A stretch of 59,679 bases of DNA, counting the filler, from Nitrospirota bacterium (GTDB lineage: Bacteria > JACPQY01): assembly GCA_016180645.1 (NCBI GenBank). It is 5 parts of 5 records of this genome, joined end to end, with 100 filler letters (N's around TTAATTAATTAA, not from the genome) between each part and the next. Parts side by side here need not be neighbours in the genome. Positions count along the whole stretch, not along the records: positions 11,389 to 29,737 come from JACPAV010000058.1; positions 29,838 to 42,280 come from JACPAV010000001.1; 3 more parts are not named here. One strand, written 5' to 3'. The number at the start of each line of letters is the position of its first letter. The first letter of the stretch is position 1. Position numbers and translations under genes: made by a program. Under the pieces are notes generated by a model, which saw only the letters and a list, made by a program, of their open reading frames with translations, was not told the DNA's origin and ran no database searches. Below, piece by piece: positions 26,501 to 36,343 of the stretch.

Positions 26501-29500
26501 CCGGCACCCTGAAATACCGTCCGGTCCACGCGCCGTACCAGGCTCCATTGATCGAACCGTAGGCGAGAAAGAGGTCCTCGCGCCAGCCGCGGACAGGTGA
26601 TGGCGGGGCCATGGCTCGGATGAAGCCGTACCCACCAGCCATGCCGAGGGCACCGCCGCCCAGCATGAGCGCCGTGAAAGGGCGACGATTCTCCCGCAAC
26701 GCGAGTCCCATCCCTGTCCCAAACCACAGGCCGAGCGCCTCGCCCATGAACAGGCCGTGATTCACGCGGGGCACAAGTTCCAAGTGGTGGATGGTGAAGA
26801 AGGAGAGGCCCAGCGCGGCGGGCGTGCCGGCCATTATTCCGCCGACGGACCGACGATCCCCATGTCGGCGTTTGGGCAACAATGTGGGAACCCAGCCTCC
26901 GTACCACGCGCCGCTTGTCGTGGTGAGCCATGCAAAGCTTTTTTCGCGCAGCGTCAGATTCCAGAGATAGCGCTGACTCATCTCGTAACCCGTCAGCATT
27001 CCGGCGGCGCCGCCGCCCAGCATGAGGAGGGTGTGGGGTTCACGATCGGTCATGAACAGTCGCCCCACTCCGCTCCCAAAAGAAAATCCCAGCGCTTCTC
27101 CGAGAAACATGCCGTGATTGGATCGGAGCGGCAGGTCGAAACGATTTACCGCAATCAGCGATGCACCCAGTGTTGCCGGGACCGCGGTCATCATACCCCC
27201 GACGATCCGCCGCTCGGTGGATTTGCGTGCATGTAGCGCGGATGGAAGCCAGGCCCCGTACCACGCGCCACTGGCCGTCGCGAGAGAAACGAACGCTTCT
27301 TCGCGGGTGGAGTAGGTCCACCGGAGGTTTTGGCTCATCCGGTAGCCCGTTGCGGCTCCGAGGGCGCTGCCGGACATCATGAGAAGCGAGAGCATCGGAC
27401 GATTCCCTTCATACATCAGCGAGGTGCCTGCTCCTGCCACGCCGCCCAAGATTTCCCCGAAATAGAGACCCTGCGTTCCGCCGGTCGGGACCTCGATCGC
27501 ATTGCCCACGGAGATCGTCGTCGCGACCAAGACCGGGAATCCCATCATCACGCCGCCGAGGGCTCGCTGCCGGCTCGAGGGTTCGTCCGGCTCCTGCGCA
27601 GGTCCGGAGAGGTCCACCGTGGTCCCTCCTCCCACGGGCGGTGGCGTTGGAGGTTTGCCGCCGGTCGGCGGGGGCTGCGGGGTAGGCGTTGGAGGCGCGA
27701 CGGGTCCTGGAATTCGTCCCGGCCTCCCACCGATGGCCAGCGGCGCGAGCGCGCCGTAGTACGCGGCCGACGCAAAAACCCACGACTTGAATCCCGGCTG
27801 CTTGCGGGTGGCAGGGAAAATGCGGGCGTAGTTCGCCCCCACCAGGAGGCCCGCGGCTGAGAACGATTCCATTAACGTAACGGAGGCCCGGTCGAAGTCC
27901 CCGAAAAGCATCCAGCCGAGACCCGTGCCGAACTGCGCGCCGAGTCCCGTCCATGCGGCCGTCCGCAGCGACGTTGTCGGCGCATCGGCCATGTATTGAT
28001 TCGTGATGAGTCCCGAAAAGTAGCCCGTGGACGCCCCCACCATGGCAGCACCCACGCGGGAAGTTTTCGCCGGTCCGGCTTTGAATATCTCCGGCGCCCA
28101 CGCGCCGGCCCACAAACCGTAGCCGGTACCCAGGAAAACATGGGACACGTTGGCGGAGCTGACGCTCACGCGGCTCGTCGCCATCGCGGCAGCGGCCAAG
28201 CCGGACGCCGATCCCCCCAGCGCAAGCCACGATGCCTTGGCGGCGCGGTCCCCCGGACCCGCCATGACTTCCAGTCCCCATCCGAACATCCCTCCCGAGA
28301 TCCCGCCGAAATTCACAAACATGGTGTCACCCACGTCCCAATCGAGCCGGTATGCCGAGATCGCGCCCACGGTGATGCCCATGCCCTCCCCCGCAAGATT
28401 GTACAGCCTCCGGATGTGCGGCTTCTCCTCCTTTATGCCGTTGGCCGCGAAGTGCGATGCGCCGATCCCCCAAATTGTGGAAGAGGCCCACCAGTAGGCC
28501 TTGCCGGTCGGCACGCCCTCGGAGAAGTGCGTGAGCAGATAGGCCGTGCCTCCGCCCACAGTCAGACCGATGGGATACGTCCATCCCGGCGAGACTTCCG
28601 ATTGCGAGGCCCGCCGCATGAGTTCCATGAACGATGCGCTGTAGATCGCCGCGCTGGAGATGACGAGCCAGCGGCCTCTCATGCGGGGTGCCCCCGGCAT
28701 TTCGGGCACGGGTGGCACGGCCGGCAAATCCGGGATGACAAGGGCGGACTCCGCCTGTTTCACCGGCGCGGGCGCGACGGATGGAGCGCCGGAATTCCCT
28801 GAGGCCACGGGAGGCGCGGGCGGCGGCTGCGTTTTCGGGGGCGCCGGAGCGGCCTTCGTCTCCACCGGCCCTGCCAGAACGCTTGCCGCCTCATCCTGAT
28901 TGAGCACCGGCCCATTGGGCGTGATCTCAAGAACCCGATCGATTTCATCTCGCAGATCGTCGGGAATTCCCCACCGGATGGAGCTCAGCACTTTCTCCCA
29001 ACCGGGCGGCGCCCGCTGCGCATAGTGTCGCACCGCACGACTGCGCACTGTCACCCAATATCTGTCGCTCATGATGACCCCTTCCAATTCCAAGTCCACG
29101 AGGCCGGTCTGGAACGTGGATATCGATTCGAGGATCTCGGTCAAGATGTCCGTCTTGCGCTCCTTCTCGATCCTCTGTCGGAGGGCGGGAAACGCGACGT
29201 CTTCCGGCAATTGCCGGAGGGCGCGAACAACGGCCCTCCTCACATCGGGGACCTTGTCCCCCGACGCCCATTCAAGGGGCTTCGCGAATCGGGCATCGCC
29301 GGTGCGACCCAGCCATTCCGCCGCCGCGATGCGTGCCGCGGGATCATCGGGGTTCATGAGCTGGATAAGCGCATCCGCCTCGTCCTTGATCTCCACACAG
29401 AGGGCCGTTTGTGGAGAGAGCAGGTTGACAATGAGGAAGGATGCCAGGAACGGCAGCAGGAAGGCCCACAAACGACCGCACCCACAACCACGACGGTCAG

Positions 29501-29504
29501 TCAC
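23598..29504 (-). CDS. giant HEAT-repeat plus Gly-rich hydrophobic repeat membrane protein
   Basis: signal peptide, PBS-HEAT repeats, Pro-rich linkers, many GAWYG.W.P...GG.M.G.P...G.F.G...G...LM.GG repeats. Confidence 0.8.
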   Translation of the reverse strand: MTDRRGCGCGRLWAFLLPFLASFLIVNLLSPQTALCVEIKDEADALIQLMNPDDPAARIAAAEWLGRTGDARFAKPLEWASGDKVPDVRRAVVRALRQLPEDVAFPALRQRIEKERKTDILTEILESISTFQTGLVDLELEGVIMSDRYWVTVRSRAVRHYAQRAPPGWEKVLSSIRWGIPDDLRDEIDRVLEITPNGPVLNQDEAASVLAGPVETKAAPAPPKTQPPPAPPVASGNSGAPSVAPAPVKQAESALVIPDLPAVPPVPEMPGAPRMRGRWLVISSAAIYSASFMELMRRASQSEVSPGWTYPIGLTVGGGTAYLLTHFSEGVPTGKAYWWASSTIWGIGASHFAANGIKEEKPHIRRLYNLAGEGMGITVGAISAYRLDWDVGDTMFVNFGGISGGMFGWGLEVMAGPGDRAAKASWLALGGSASGLAAAAMATSRVSVSSANVSHVFLGTGYGLWAGAWAPEIFKAGPAKTSRVGAAMVGASTGYFSGLITNQYMADAPTTSLRTAAWTGLGAQFGTGLGWMLFGDFDRASVTLMESFSAAGLLVGANYARIFPATRKQPGFKSWVFASAAYYGALAPLAIGGRPGRIPGPVAPPTPTPQPPPTGGKPPTPPPVGGGTTVDLSGPAQEPDEPSSRQRALGGVMMGFPVLVATTISVGNAIEVPTGGTQGLYFGEILGGVAGAGTSLMYEGNRPMLSLLMMSGSALGAATGYRMSQNLRWTYSTREEAFVSLATASGAWYGAWLPSALHARKSTERRIVGGMMTAVPATLGASLIAVNRFDLPLRSNHGMFLGEALGFSFGSGVGRLFMTDREPHTLLMLGGGAAGMLTGYEMSQRYLWNLTLREKSFAWLTTTSGAWYGGWVPTLLPKRRHGDRRSVGGIMAGTPAALGLSFFTIHHLELVPRVNHGLFMGEALGLWFGTGMGLALRENRRPFTALMLGGGALGMAGGYGFIRAMAPPSPVRGWREDLFLAYGSINGAWYGAWTGRYFRVPELRKGLRTAQPRDRVSYNRVAGAGMMGSTVGLVGALAVANRHDIRPRVLPGLFWGQVFGASMGQGAGLLSTGRTTPKLTEAKRDAIRDQIDRSYYTMASGGLAGSVGGYFFATRLVEPNPLRGGREIGFLLLNSGSAAWYGAWLPTFGQARLPDVEQRHIAGGMMMAVPTAMASSMWITNHTDLSARTIPSLFLGGLSGTSLGLGLGLTSLAAPRTSRALMLGGTAFGQSVGYFYGKYLRDPFVLSPRQGMPSIYLSTLAGAWYGFWLPTLTERDPRDVPRRRITGGALIGVPVALTTSTWVANRVDIPPRMPSGLFLGQVFGSMAGTGTVFLAEKGPRTRTSFMLAGGTLGSIGGYGFVRQMVEPSPLRGPGEKASLWLGSAAGAWYGSWLPTLLRANLNDIPQRRIVGGTMIGVPLGLTSSIWAANRYDMTGRSLGGFYGGQVWGATVGTGIGFVALAPRRATTSLMLGTGMASGIAGLLLAGGPPGPTGPAGASYPPLIAYSTMAGLWYGGWSPTFAARKFEDISQKRVTGGLMIGGPVGLATGMALAGSGVNPRAYTGFFSGELLGSMAGAGTGFLAENSYRKNTALMLSGGAVMGAAGASLLPRITPKPAQAEALRMGGLFGLGYGTVFPWVLEGTTKHVSSQQVLGGAMLGLPLGLGVTTLSFALWEPAAGTSGFVTLAGLVGSASGLGIGLTAEDWNGRNVVISMYSMGFSAMALGSRAAPQIRYTPGAKLFTTFGTLYGFGQGVALAQFGDQSPRGTLGAAILGASLGMGTSMIITYDLEVGSGTAAVAYTGGIWGGFVGSMFAQAAAGSPKNTTTAAVIASNVGQITTTYSLLKLKIPPRRMGWINLFGLTGLGVGSAMGLPLSREGDVFFLSAPIGSLIGLGTGIFVTSRMKWDETPSQPSKEKAAAPLLQNGSRRIGWRTLIPHVDAAVPQFSAIPDPDGGEDDVRYTMGVMIWYH

Positions 29505-29737
29505 GCCGCCATACTAACGGAGTGGCCTCCTCAATACCAACACATTCGCCCTCTGTCAGGCGGCATTCATGTTGTAGTTTAGTCAACATGTCCGCTTTAC
29601 TGTTGAGTGAAAATGTCCTCCCCTGCGCGTGGCATGGGTGAGGGGGGAGCGGGGGGAGAGGGGGTCCGATTGTTGCGGCGCAGAGTTCGGAGGAGCCGAT
29701 CCTGACCCGGTTTTTCCGTTTCGAGTAGAATTCGGTG

Positions 29738-29837
29738 NNNNNNNNNNNNNNNNNNNNNNNNNNNNNNNNNNNNNNNNNNNNTTAATTAATTAANNNNNNN
29801 NNNNNNNNNNNNNNNNNNNNNNNNNNNNNNNNNNNNN
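29738..29837. other. artificial contig linker
   Basis: N-run with TTAATTAATTAA. Confidence 0.98.
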
Positions 29838-30800
29838 ACCTTTTGTGCTCGTTCAACCCCCCATCCTGGCCTTCCCCCTCAAGGGGGGAAGGGGTGGTAG
29901 CCGCACCCCCTTGCCGAGGACGGTATGGGGCCATGATATGTCGCCATGCCACGGACGGCACGGCATGGAACATGGCCTTCATGGGTGCGTCTTCAGACAC
30001 AGGCGTAAAGCCTGCGCCTACCTCCTACCCCTTGAGGGTGAGGATTCATATGGGGCTGAACGCTTGCGTAAGCTCCATGCGAGTGGGTGGAGCGAACCGT
30101 CCGGAGTGCGTCTGTCCAGTGGCGGACCCCCGGCAAGTCAACGATCCGCCGCCCGGTCCCCAAAACGTCTCCCGGGGGCCGGGCCAAGCGGTGCGCGGGG
30201 TAGGTGCTACGGATGTCATTGCGAGTGAAGCGAAGCAATCTCACGCCCATCGCCCCGCCTGTCGCCGTCCGCGCTGTGTGGGTACCAGGGAGAATGGAGG
30301 GGGTCCGCCGCATGGCGGATTCCCCCCTTCTCAAGTTTTGTTTGTCGCCTCACCCCTCACGACTTACGACCCCCAGGACGGGGGAAGTGCCGTGGGAGGG
30401 CAGGAAGCCCGGAACGGCCGGCTCCCGACTCACGAGAAATGCGAGTAAGGGGGAGCCGCCGGGGTTCGGGGCCGCAAAGCTCCGGCCCCGGCAAATTTGC
30501 GTTCTCATGTGGGCACAAGGGAGTCCGAGGGCTGGACTGCACGGTCCGGCCCTCGGCAAGTTTCTATCGCCTTTTGCCTTCCGGCTCACGGCTTACGACT
30601 CACGACTCACGACATGCGGCTCACGACTTACGATTTCGTGCGAGGAACGGGGACCGGGTGGAGAGGGCCGAAAGGCCCCTCCCCCGGAAAATTTCCCCTC
30701 ACCCTTCCCTCTCCCGCAGGCGGGAGAGGGTGGCTGGAAAGCCGGGTGAGGGTGCGCTCTCACGCTGACGGCTGAAGGCTGAAAGCCGAGTGCTATTCCC
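29838..30800. repeat. ~1-kb non-coding region dense in palindromes, REP-like elements and heptamer arrays
   Basis: CCCTCTCCC hairpin, GTAG REP at ~30000-30021, GTCATTGCGAG..GAAGCAATCTC at ~30215-30242, CACGACT arrays at ~30357 and ~30586-30634. Confidence 0.7.
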
Positions 30801-30821
30801 AATGAAAGGAGACACATAACC

Positions 30822-31415
30822 ATGAAACAAACGCGCTCCCGGTTCCCGCAACTCGCCTTACCCCTTGCCACTTACCACTCACTTCTTGCAGCCGCCCGGC
30901 GCCTGACGCCTGCCGCCCGGCGCGCCGCGCTCGCGGCGCTGCTCATCACCCTTCACGCATCACTCGTCACGCTCCCCGGCTGCGGAGACGACAAGAAATC
31001 CGACGGGGGCGCCTCGAAGGACGAGCTACGAACGCGGCTTTGGGCCGCCCAAACGGTTCTTGAAGAAAAAAGGTGTTCCGTTGCTTCGGCTTGCTATGCG
31101 AAGGAATTCGCCACCTACCCTGGACATGGAAGTGTCGAGAACTGCACGAAGGTCAACCTGGAGCAAATTCAGGTCGCCCTACAAATAATCAAAGGAGCGT
31201 CATTTGAACAAGATTGTTACCTCGATCCAGTGCCTGCTGCGGAGGCATGTGCTACAAGTGTGGCTGCGGCTGACGCAAGGAGTTTCTGTGGCTCGCTAGT
31301 AAAGGAGACATTGCGTTGGAATTTCTTGGCGGTTTCAGATTGCGCACCTATGGTTCTGAACAGGAAAGAGGGATGCGATACCCCCGTACTGGCACCCAAG
31401 CGGGGCATGCAGTAG
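30822..31415 (+). CDS. Cys-rich lipoprotein
   Basis: RBS AAAGGAG, lipobox LPGC, paired cysteines. Confidence 0.7.
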   Translation: MKQTRSRFPQLALPLATYHSLLAAARRLTPAARRAALAALLITLHASLVTLPGCGDDKKSDGGASKDELRTRLWAAQTVLEEKRCSVASACYAKEFATYPGHGSVENCTKVNLEQIQVALQIIKGASFEQDCYLDPVPAAEACATSVAAADARSFCGSLVKETLRWNFLAVSDCAPMVLNRKEGCDTPVLAPKRGMQ

Positions 31416-31447
31416 TTGAGGCAGTCCGGAGGGAGCGGAGGCAGTAG

Positions 31448-34400
31448 GTGATGCACTACAGGCGATTGACGCAGTGGTCTGTAATCTTGGCAGTAGTCTT
31501 TCTCGATCCTTCCCCGCGAGCTGAAGCGCAAACGGTTTCGATTGATGCGCTTTGGAACGTCGTTTCAGAATCACTCGATTGGGGGGGTGCATGCGGTATC
31601 AAGCCGGATTTCAACGCGACCGAATTCTCGGCGGCAGTCGGCGTGATATCCTCCGGTCCGGCGGGAGCAGTTGCCTCATCGGCGTTTTCAACGGCATTTG
31701 GTGGCGATCCCAACCCATGCTTCGGCATCTATCTCAAGTACAACGTTCCTTACTATCTTGTGGAGGTCGTTCCGGAGCGTTGGGACAGCGTTCTTGCGCC
31801 AGATGTATTCAAGGATTTTGTTCAACCGCTCACCAGCGTTGTTGAAGAAGCAATCCAACCGTTCTTCAAGCCGTTGGGCATCAATTTCAAGGGCCGAGGC
31901 GGGTCGTTCGGTGGGATGAACTACTACGAAGTCCATGTGTACAGATTGGCGTTTGACGTCGGGGCGATGGTCAGTGGCGTAATGAAGGAGATCGTGAAGA
32001 GCTTGGCAACTCATGGGATAGGGATGAACATTGGTTTGGATCCCAACTGGTTGTCCCCAGATATCTGTTACCTCTCCGAGTTCGACCCGTTTCGCTGGAA
32101 GCTCGGGCTGCCGACTCCGGAGTACCAACTGACCAAGGCGCATCGGTGCTGGGTGGAGAAACCGGGCAAAGGCAAGCAGGAATATCCGTGCGAATGGAAG
32201 GAAGACGTGAAGGCCGCCATGGCCAAGGCCGGCGGCAAGAGCGGGGGGTTACTGGGGAAAGCTGGTAGGGGCGTAGGGAAGGGTTTGGGAGCGGTGGGAC
32301 TGGACAAAGCCGGAGACGTGGTGGGCGGTGCGATTGAAGATGTTGGGGAACTGGCAGAGGGGGTTGGGGAAGCTGTGGGGAGTGCCGTTGGCAATGTGGC
32401 CGAGGTGGTGGGTGAAGGCGTTGGCGCGATCGGCGAGGAGGATTATGAACTGCCTCCCGTCTTGATCCAACGGCGGGCCGAGGATCGGATGCGATTTTGG
32501 GAAGGAACCAACCAAGCCGGCCTTTTCTCGTGGGCGAATATAAATGATCGTTCAGGGTGGGTGACGCATGCCGATCCCAAGTTTGCTGCCGCGGCCCTCG
32601 CCTTGAGGGGAGCCAGTCTTGCCACCAAGCGGCCGACCTCCGATCCAAAGAAGTTTGGCGGTTGCTGGATCGATGGGCGTGGGGCGGATGAATTCGATCC
32701 GCTCTCACCCGCCGCTTTGTCGAAGAAGTACGACGAGCCGGGAGGTGTTTCGATTCAGCTTATCCACACCAAGGCAGGGGGAGGAACCTGGAACTCGTGT
32801 GTGCCCATCGGATGGGAGTCCCAACAATGGAACCGGCCGGAGTACTGGACTGGGAATGTGACGGAAGGGGCGCTTTACGTTATCTATGAACGCCGCAAAA
32901 TGTGCTTGGTGGATCTGAAAACCTACCTCGAGAATGTCGCTGCTCTCACGGCGAGGTTACTGCAAGACGCAGCTTTTGCGACGATCACCGCTGGTATGGG
33001 GGTTCCAGCCATAGCTATGGACTACATCCTCACCATCTCCGCCACCATCGCCCAGGTCCAGCAGATGTATGAGGACGTGAAGCGGGTGCTCGACTACATC
33101 CAGAAGATCCAGCAGGCGATTCAGTGGATGAAGGACATCATGGAAATGTTCAAGATACTGTTTGAGCAATTGGGGTCCGAGATGATGAAGCAGGGCGGCG
33201 GAGTGGCGATCAATGCGGTGACGCAGCTCGCGATGACGGTCTTCGAGGTGGATGCGGACATCCAGAAGGGATTCAACGACGTGCAGTGCTCGATGGACAT
33301 CGGGCGGAGGGCCCTTGAGGGGACCAAGGCCCTCACGGGACTCTCGGTGTGCGGTCACGGCACGGGCGATATCCCGGGGATGAAGTCCGTCAACGCGAAG
33401 ATCTCTTCCATCGAGGGGAAGATCCCGCCCATTCTCCTCAAGCCGCCCATTTCGACCATGGCGGACACCGCCTGCCGGATGGGTCCCCTTCACGATCCCG
33501 TGCAGAGCATCAGCAGCACACTTCGGACGTACGAGACGAAGCTGAAAACGATCGAGCGGTATCTCACCTACGGCGACTACGCCTGCATGGCCGTGCGGAC
33601 GATCTCGAACCCGCCTAGGGACGCGGAGGGCCTGATCCGGATGTTTGGCGATCTCAAGATCGGGGGCGACACCGCGGCCCTCTTTACGGTGATAAACGCA
33701 CTCGACAACCTCCGGCACCCGGACGCGATGCTGACGGCATCCGTTGCGGAAGTCCGCGCCCTCCCCGGCTTCCCGCAATCTGAGATCGCCTGGTGGGAAG
33801 GCAAGGCCAACTCCGTTCAAAGCAATCTCACCGCGGCCAATTTCACCGCCTCCCGCGCCCGAGAGATTCCAAACCGCCTGAAGCATCTCATCGGCCCCGA
33901 GCTGGTGAAAGACCTCGCCGCCCCCATCGAGCAGGACGCAAAGAACCTGATTTCCGGCGGCCTCGGCCTCTCCACCAAGATGTTCGAGGATTTCGACGCG
34001 CTGGCCAAGGGCGGCGAGAGGCTCATGCGAAAGATCAGCGCCGTGGCGGACGTGAAGATGGACAAGCCCGAGAGGGCCGTGGAGGCGATCCTGGCCTTCG
34101 CCTCGCTCAAGGTCGAGTTCGAACGGTGGATGGGGGACATGCAGAGGCTCATGCAGAACATGCCCGCCTACCAGAAGGAGCTTCAGAAGACGGCCGCGAA
34201 TCTCCAGAAGCTCATCGGCACTCTCCCCAACAAGATCCGCAACCTGGACCGCACTTTGGCGGACCAAGTGTACGCGGCAGTTTTCATCGACACGGCCCCC
34301 CTTCGTCACGCGTCGGGGGACCTCCGGGACATGGCGAATCGCGCCGCGAGCCTGCCGGGGCGCGGTCCCCAACTCGCCGCCGGTTTCAAGACCGCCGCCG

Positions 34401-35122
34401 ATGGTCTCGATGCCGTGGCGAATGGCATGTCGGTCCTTTCCAAACAGAAGCTGTACGACCTGATGGACCCCGTGCACAAGGTTCTGGCCCAGGCGGGGGA
34501 TGCCTTGGACAGCCTGACCCAGGGCGTGGGGAGTGCCGGTACCGGGATGCTGGCGGAGATGGAGAATCTGACATCGGGGTTGGGGAATTCGGAGCTTCTT
34601 TCCAGGCTAGGTTCGTTCTCAACCGATGGAGCCGGTCCCGCCTTCCGGGGGCCTGTCGCCAAGGATAGCGGCCTCTGGGATTTCTTGGGCACGATCGAGT
34701 CCTACGCGCGGATGAAGGAAGGGGCTGTGGTCAAGACCGCCTGGAACGAGGCGGTGAGCGAGTCGGCGGGCGAGCCGCGTGAGAAGCGCGGCGCAGCCGC
34801 GATGGGGCGGTTCGTGAGGAAGACCGTGCCGCTCAGGCAGGAGGAGAAAGACGCGGCGGGAGGGGATGACAACGTGGCGAAGGACGCACTGGAGAAAAAG
34901 GCGACGGATGAGCACAGAACCGTGATCGAAACCGCGCGTGATCCGAAGAAGTACGGGCTGCTCGAAATCGAGGACTATCGGAAGGAGAGAGCCGAGTCCG
35001 GCTCTCCCGTAAACAAGGCATGGCAGGATGCCGTCAATGCCTGCAAAGAGAAAGCCCGAGAGAAGAAGCAGAAGGCCCCCCGGGAAGGGTGGGACGAATC
35101 CATGTGTGATCGGAGATGGTAG
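31448..35122 (+). CDS. traU: TraU-family protein fused to a long helical C-terminal extension
   Basis: CFGI...Y..P..LVEVV, YYEVHVY, YLSEFDP..W, RSGWV....AA...R, IQLI....C, Y..Y.R...C; followed by ~730 aa of helical sequence. Confidence 0.7.
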   Translation: MMHYRRLTQWSVILAVVFLDPSPRAEAQTVSIDALWNVVSESLDWGGACGIKPDFNATEFSAAVGVISSGPAGAVASSAFSTAFGGDPNPCFGIYLKYNVPYYLVEVVPERWDSVLAPDVFKDFVQPLTSVVEEAIQPFFKPLGINFKGRGGSFGGMNYYEVHVYRLAFDVGAMVSGVMKEIVKSLATHGIGMNIGLDPNWLSPDICYLSEFDPFRWKLGLPTPEYQLTKAHRCWVEKPGKGKQEYPCEWKEDVKAAMAKAGGKSGGLLGKAGRGVGKGLGAVGLDKAGDVVGGAIEDVGELAEGVGEAVGSAVGNVAEVVGEGVGAIGEEDYELPPVLIQRRAEDRMRFWEGTNQAGLFSWANINDRSGWVTHADPKFAAAALALRGASLATKRPTSDPKKFGGCWIDGRGADEFDPLSPAALSKKYDEPGGVSIQLIHTKAGGGTWNSCVPIGWESQQWNRPEYWTGNVTEGALYVIYERRKMCLVDLKTYLENVAALTARLLQDAAFATITAGMGVPAIAMDYILTISATIAQVQQMYEDVKRVLDYIQKIQQAIQWMKDIMEMFKILFEQLGSEMMKQGGGVAINAVTQLAMTVFEVDADIQKGFNDVQCSMDIGRRALEGTKALTGLSVCGHGTGDIPGMKSVNAKISSIEGKIPPILLKPPISTMADTACRMGPLHDPVQSISSTLRTYETKLKTIERYLTYGDYACMAVRTISNPPRDAEGLIRMFGDLKIGGDTAALFTVINALDNLRHPDAMLTASVAEVRALPGFPQSEIAWWEGKANSVQSNLTAANFTASRAREIPNRLKHLIGPELVKDLAAPIEQDAKNLISGGLGLSTKMFEDFDALAKGGERLMRKISAVADVKMDKPERAVEAILAFASLKVEFERWMGDMQRLMQNMPAYQKELQKTAANLQKLIGTLPNKIRNLDRTLADQVYAAVFIDTAPLRHASGDLRDMANRAASLPGRGPQLAAGFKTAADGLDAVANGMSVLSKQKLYDLMDPVHKVLAQAGDALDSLTQGVGSAGTGMLAEMENLTSGLGNSELLSRLGSFSTDGAGPAFRGPVAKDSGLWDFLGTIESYARMKEGAVVKTAWNEAVSESAGEPREKRGAAAMGRFVRKTVPLRQEEKDAAGGDDNVAKDALEKKATDEHRTVIETARDPKKYGLLEIEDYRKERAESGSPVNKAWQDAVNACKEKAREKKQKAPREGWDESMCDRRW

Positions 35123-35158
35123 CGATCACTGCGGAGGGAAGATAGGAGAAACAACAAC

Positions 35159-36343
35159 GTGGGAAAGAAAATCGGGGGGGCATCACTGGCCGTTCTGCTG
35201 CTTGTTGCATCGACCGTGGCGCGAGCGCAGACAAAGCAACCCGCCACTCCGCCAGTAGAAAAACAGGCGGAGATCAAGCGGACACCCTTCAAGCCGGGTC
35301 CGCTCCTCTTGTTCAAGGTGCCGACCATGCAAGGCAGTGCGGGCGACCAGGAAGTTGAAGACGAAACCCTACAGTTGTTCATGAAGAGCGAGGACATGCC
35401 TTCCTCGAAGTATCTTCAGAACCGCTACGCAACGGAGGCTCCATTGGCCATGGCCACCCGCGACATCAGCCTGGACAAGCGCCTGCAAAACATGACCCGG
35501 ACTTTTGAGTTCTGGTCGCAGATGGGTGTGTTGCGAGAACTTGACAGGCCCGGCTTCGAGGCCGTCGGGCGGTGCATGACGGCGGGATTGACGATCAAGG
35601 ACGCCGGCGGCAATGACATAACGATTACTCCAAGCAGTCCGCGCATTGGTGAAGAGTGCCTCAAGAGTTACCAAGCCGATGCGGCGGCCTTCGTGAAGGA
35701 CAAGACCGGCCTGTCGGATTCGTCCATTATGGGACAGGTCTTTGGGGGCGCTACGCTCACGTTTGCGATGACGTACGTGGGGGACGCGCGGATTGAAAAG
35801 GAAGGAATCCGTCAGTTCTTCGGCGACAAGGAGAAGACCGCACAGGATGGTTCCAAATACATGGCCTTCCAGAATGACGCTTACTACCAGCCATTCATGA
35901 TCAGGAGAGACGTCGAGTTGTCGAAGCAGATCAGTACGGCACTGGGCGGGAGTTGCGAATTGCAGCCGAGCCCATTGGTGTGGGACACCAATCTGCCATC
36001 CAGCGGCATCGACATCCCCGCGCCCGTTCTCAAGGAGGCCTACAGCGACGCATCGCTCTGCGCAATCCTCAAGACCGCACTGGCCGGGGAGGCCCTGAAG
36101 CGCGAAGTCGATTTCGTCATGACACAGATCGCCCTCGCGCAGGCGGACATGACGCTCCACCCCCTGGCGCGGGACCAACTCGCCTGGTGGCACGGCAGCC
36201 TCGAAAAGAAGATCAGCCGATGGGAACAGGAGGAAATCCGAACCGGCGCGAAGTTCGAGGACGTGATTCGCAGCATCCAGGAGGCCCGCGCCGCCCGGCT
36301 CCGGCCGCTCCTGAACGCCATTCAGACGCCGGTGGTGCCGTGA
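35159..36343 (+). CDS. secreted hypothetical protein in the T4SS operon (TraH-like position)
   Basis: signal peptide, Cys pairs, C-terminal helices; coupled to the next gene by GTGA overlap. Confidence 0.6.
   Translation: MGKKIGGASLAVLLLVASTVARAQTKQPATPPVEKQAEIKRTPFKPGPLLLFKVPTMQGSAGDQEVEDETLQLFMKSEDMPSSKYLQNRYATEAPLAMATRDISLDKRLQNMTRTFEFWSQMGVLRELDRPGFEAVGRCMTAGLTIKDAGGNDITITPSSPRIGEECLKSYQADAAAFVKDKTGLSDSSIMGQVFGGATLTFAMTYVGDARIEKEGIRQFFGDKEKTAQDGSKYMAFQNDAYYQPFMIRRDVELSKQISTALGGSCELQPSPLVWDTNLPSSGIDIPAPVLKEAYSDASLCAILKTALAGEALKREVDFVMTQIALAQADMTLHPLARDQLAWWHGSLEKKISRWEQEEIRTGAKFEDVIRSIQEARAARLRPLLNAIQTPVVP

Noticed and set aside
24742-26931. Long alternative-frame ORFs (also 45306-47081, 32957-34477, 9459-10718, 54753-56075)
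   Set aside because: Shadow ORFs of GC-rich genes, Arg/Gly/Pro-biased and without recognisable motifs.
29636-29666. G-rich tract, possible G-quadruplex
   Set aside because: Single occurrence near a contig end with no supporting context.
30465-30495. c-di-GMP-I riboswitch (GCAAAGC..CCGGCC)
   Set aside because: The upstream GGCAAAC/GAAA P2 stem is absent; it reads as a simple hairpin.
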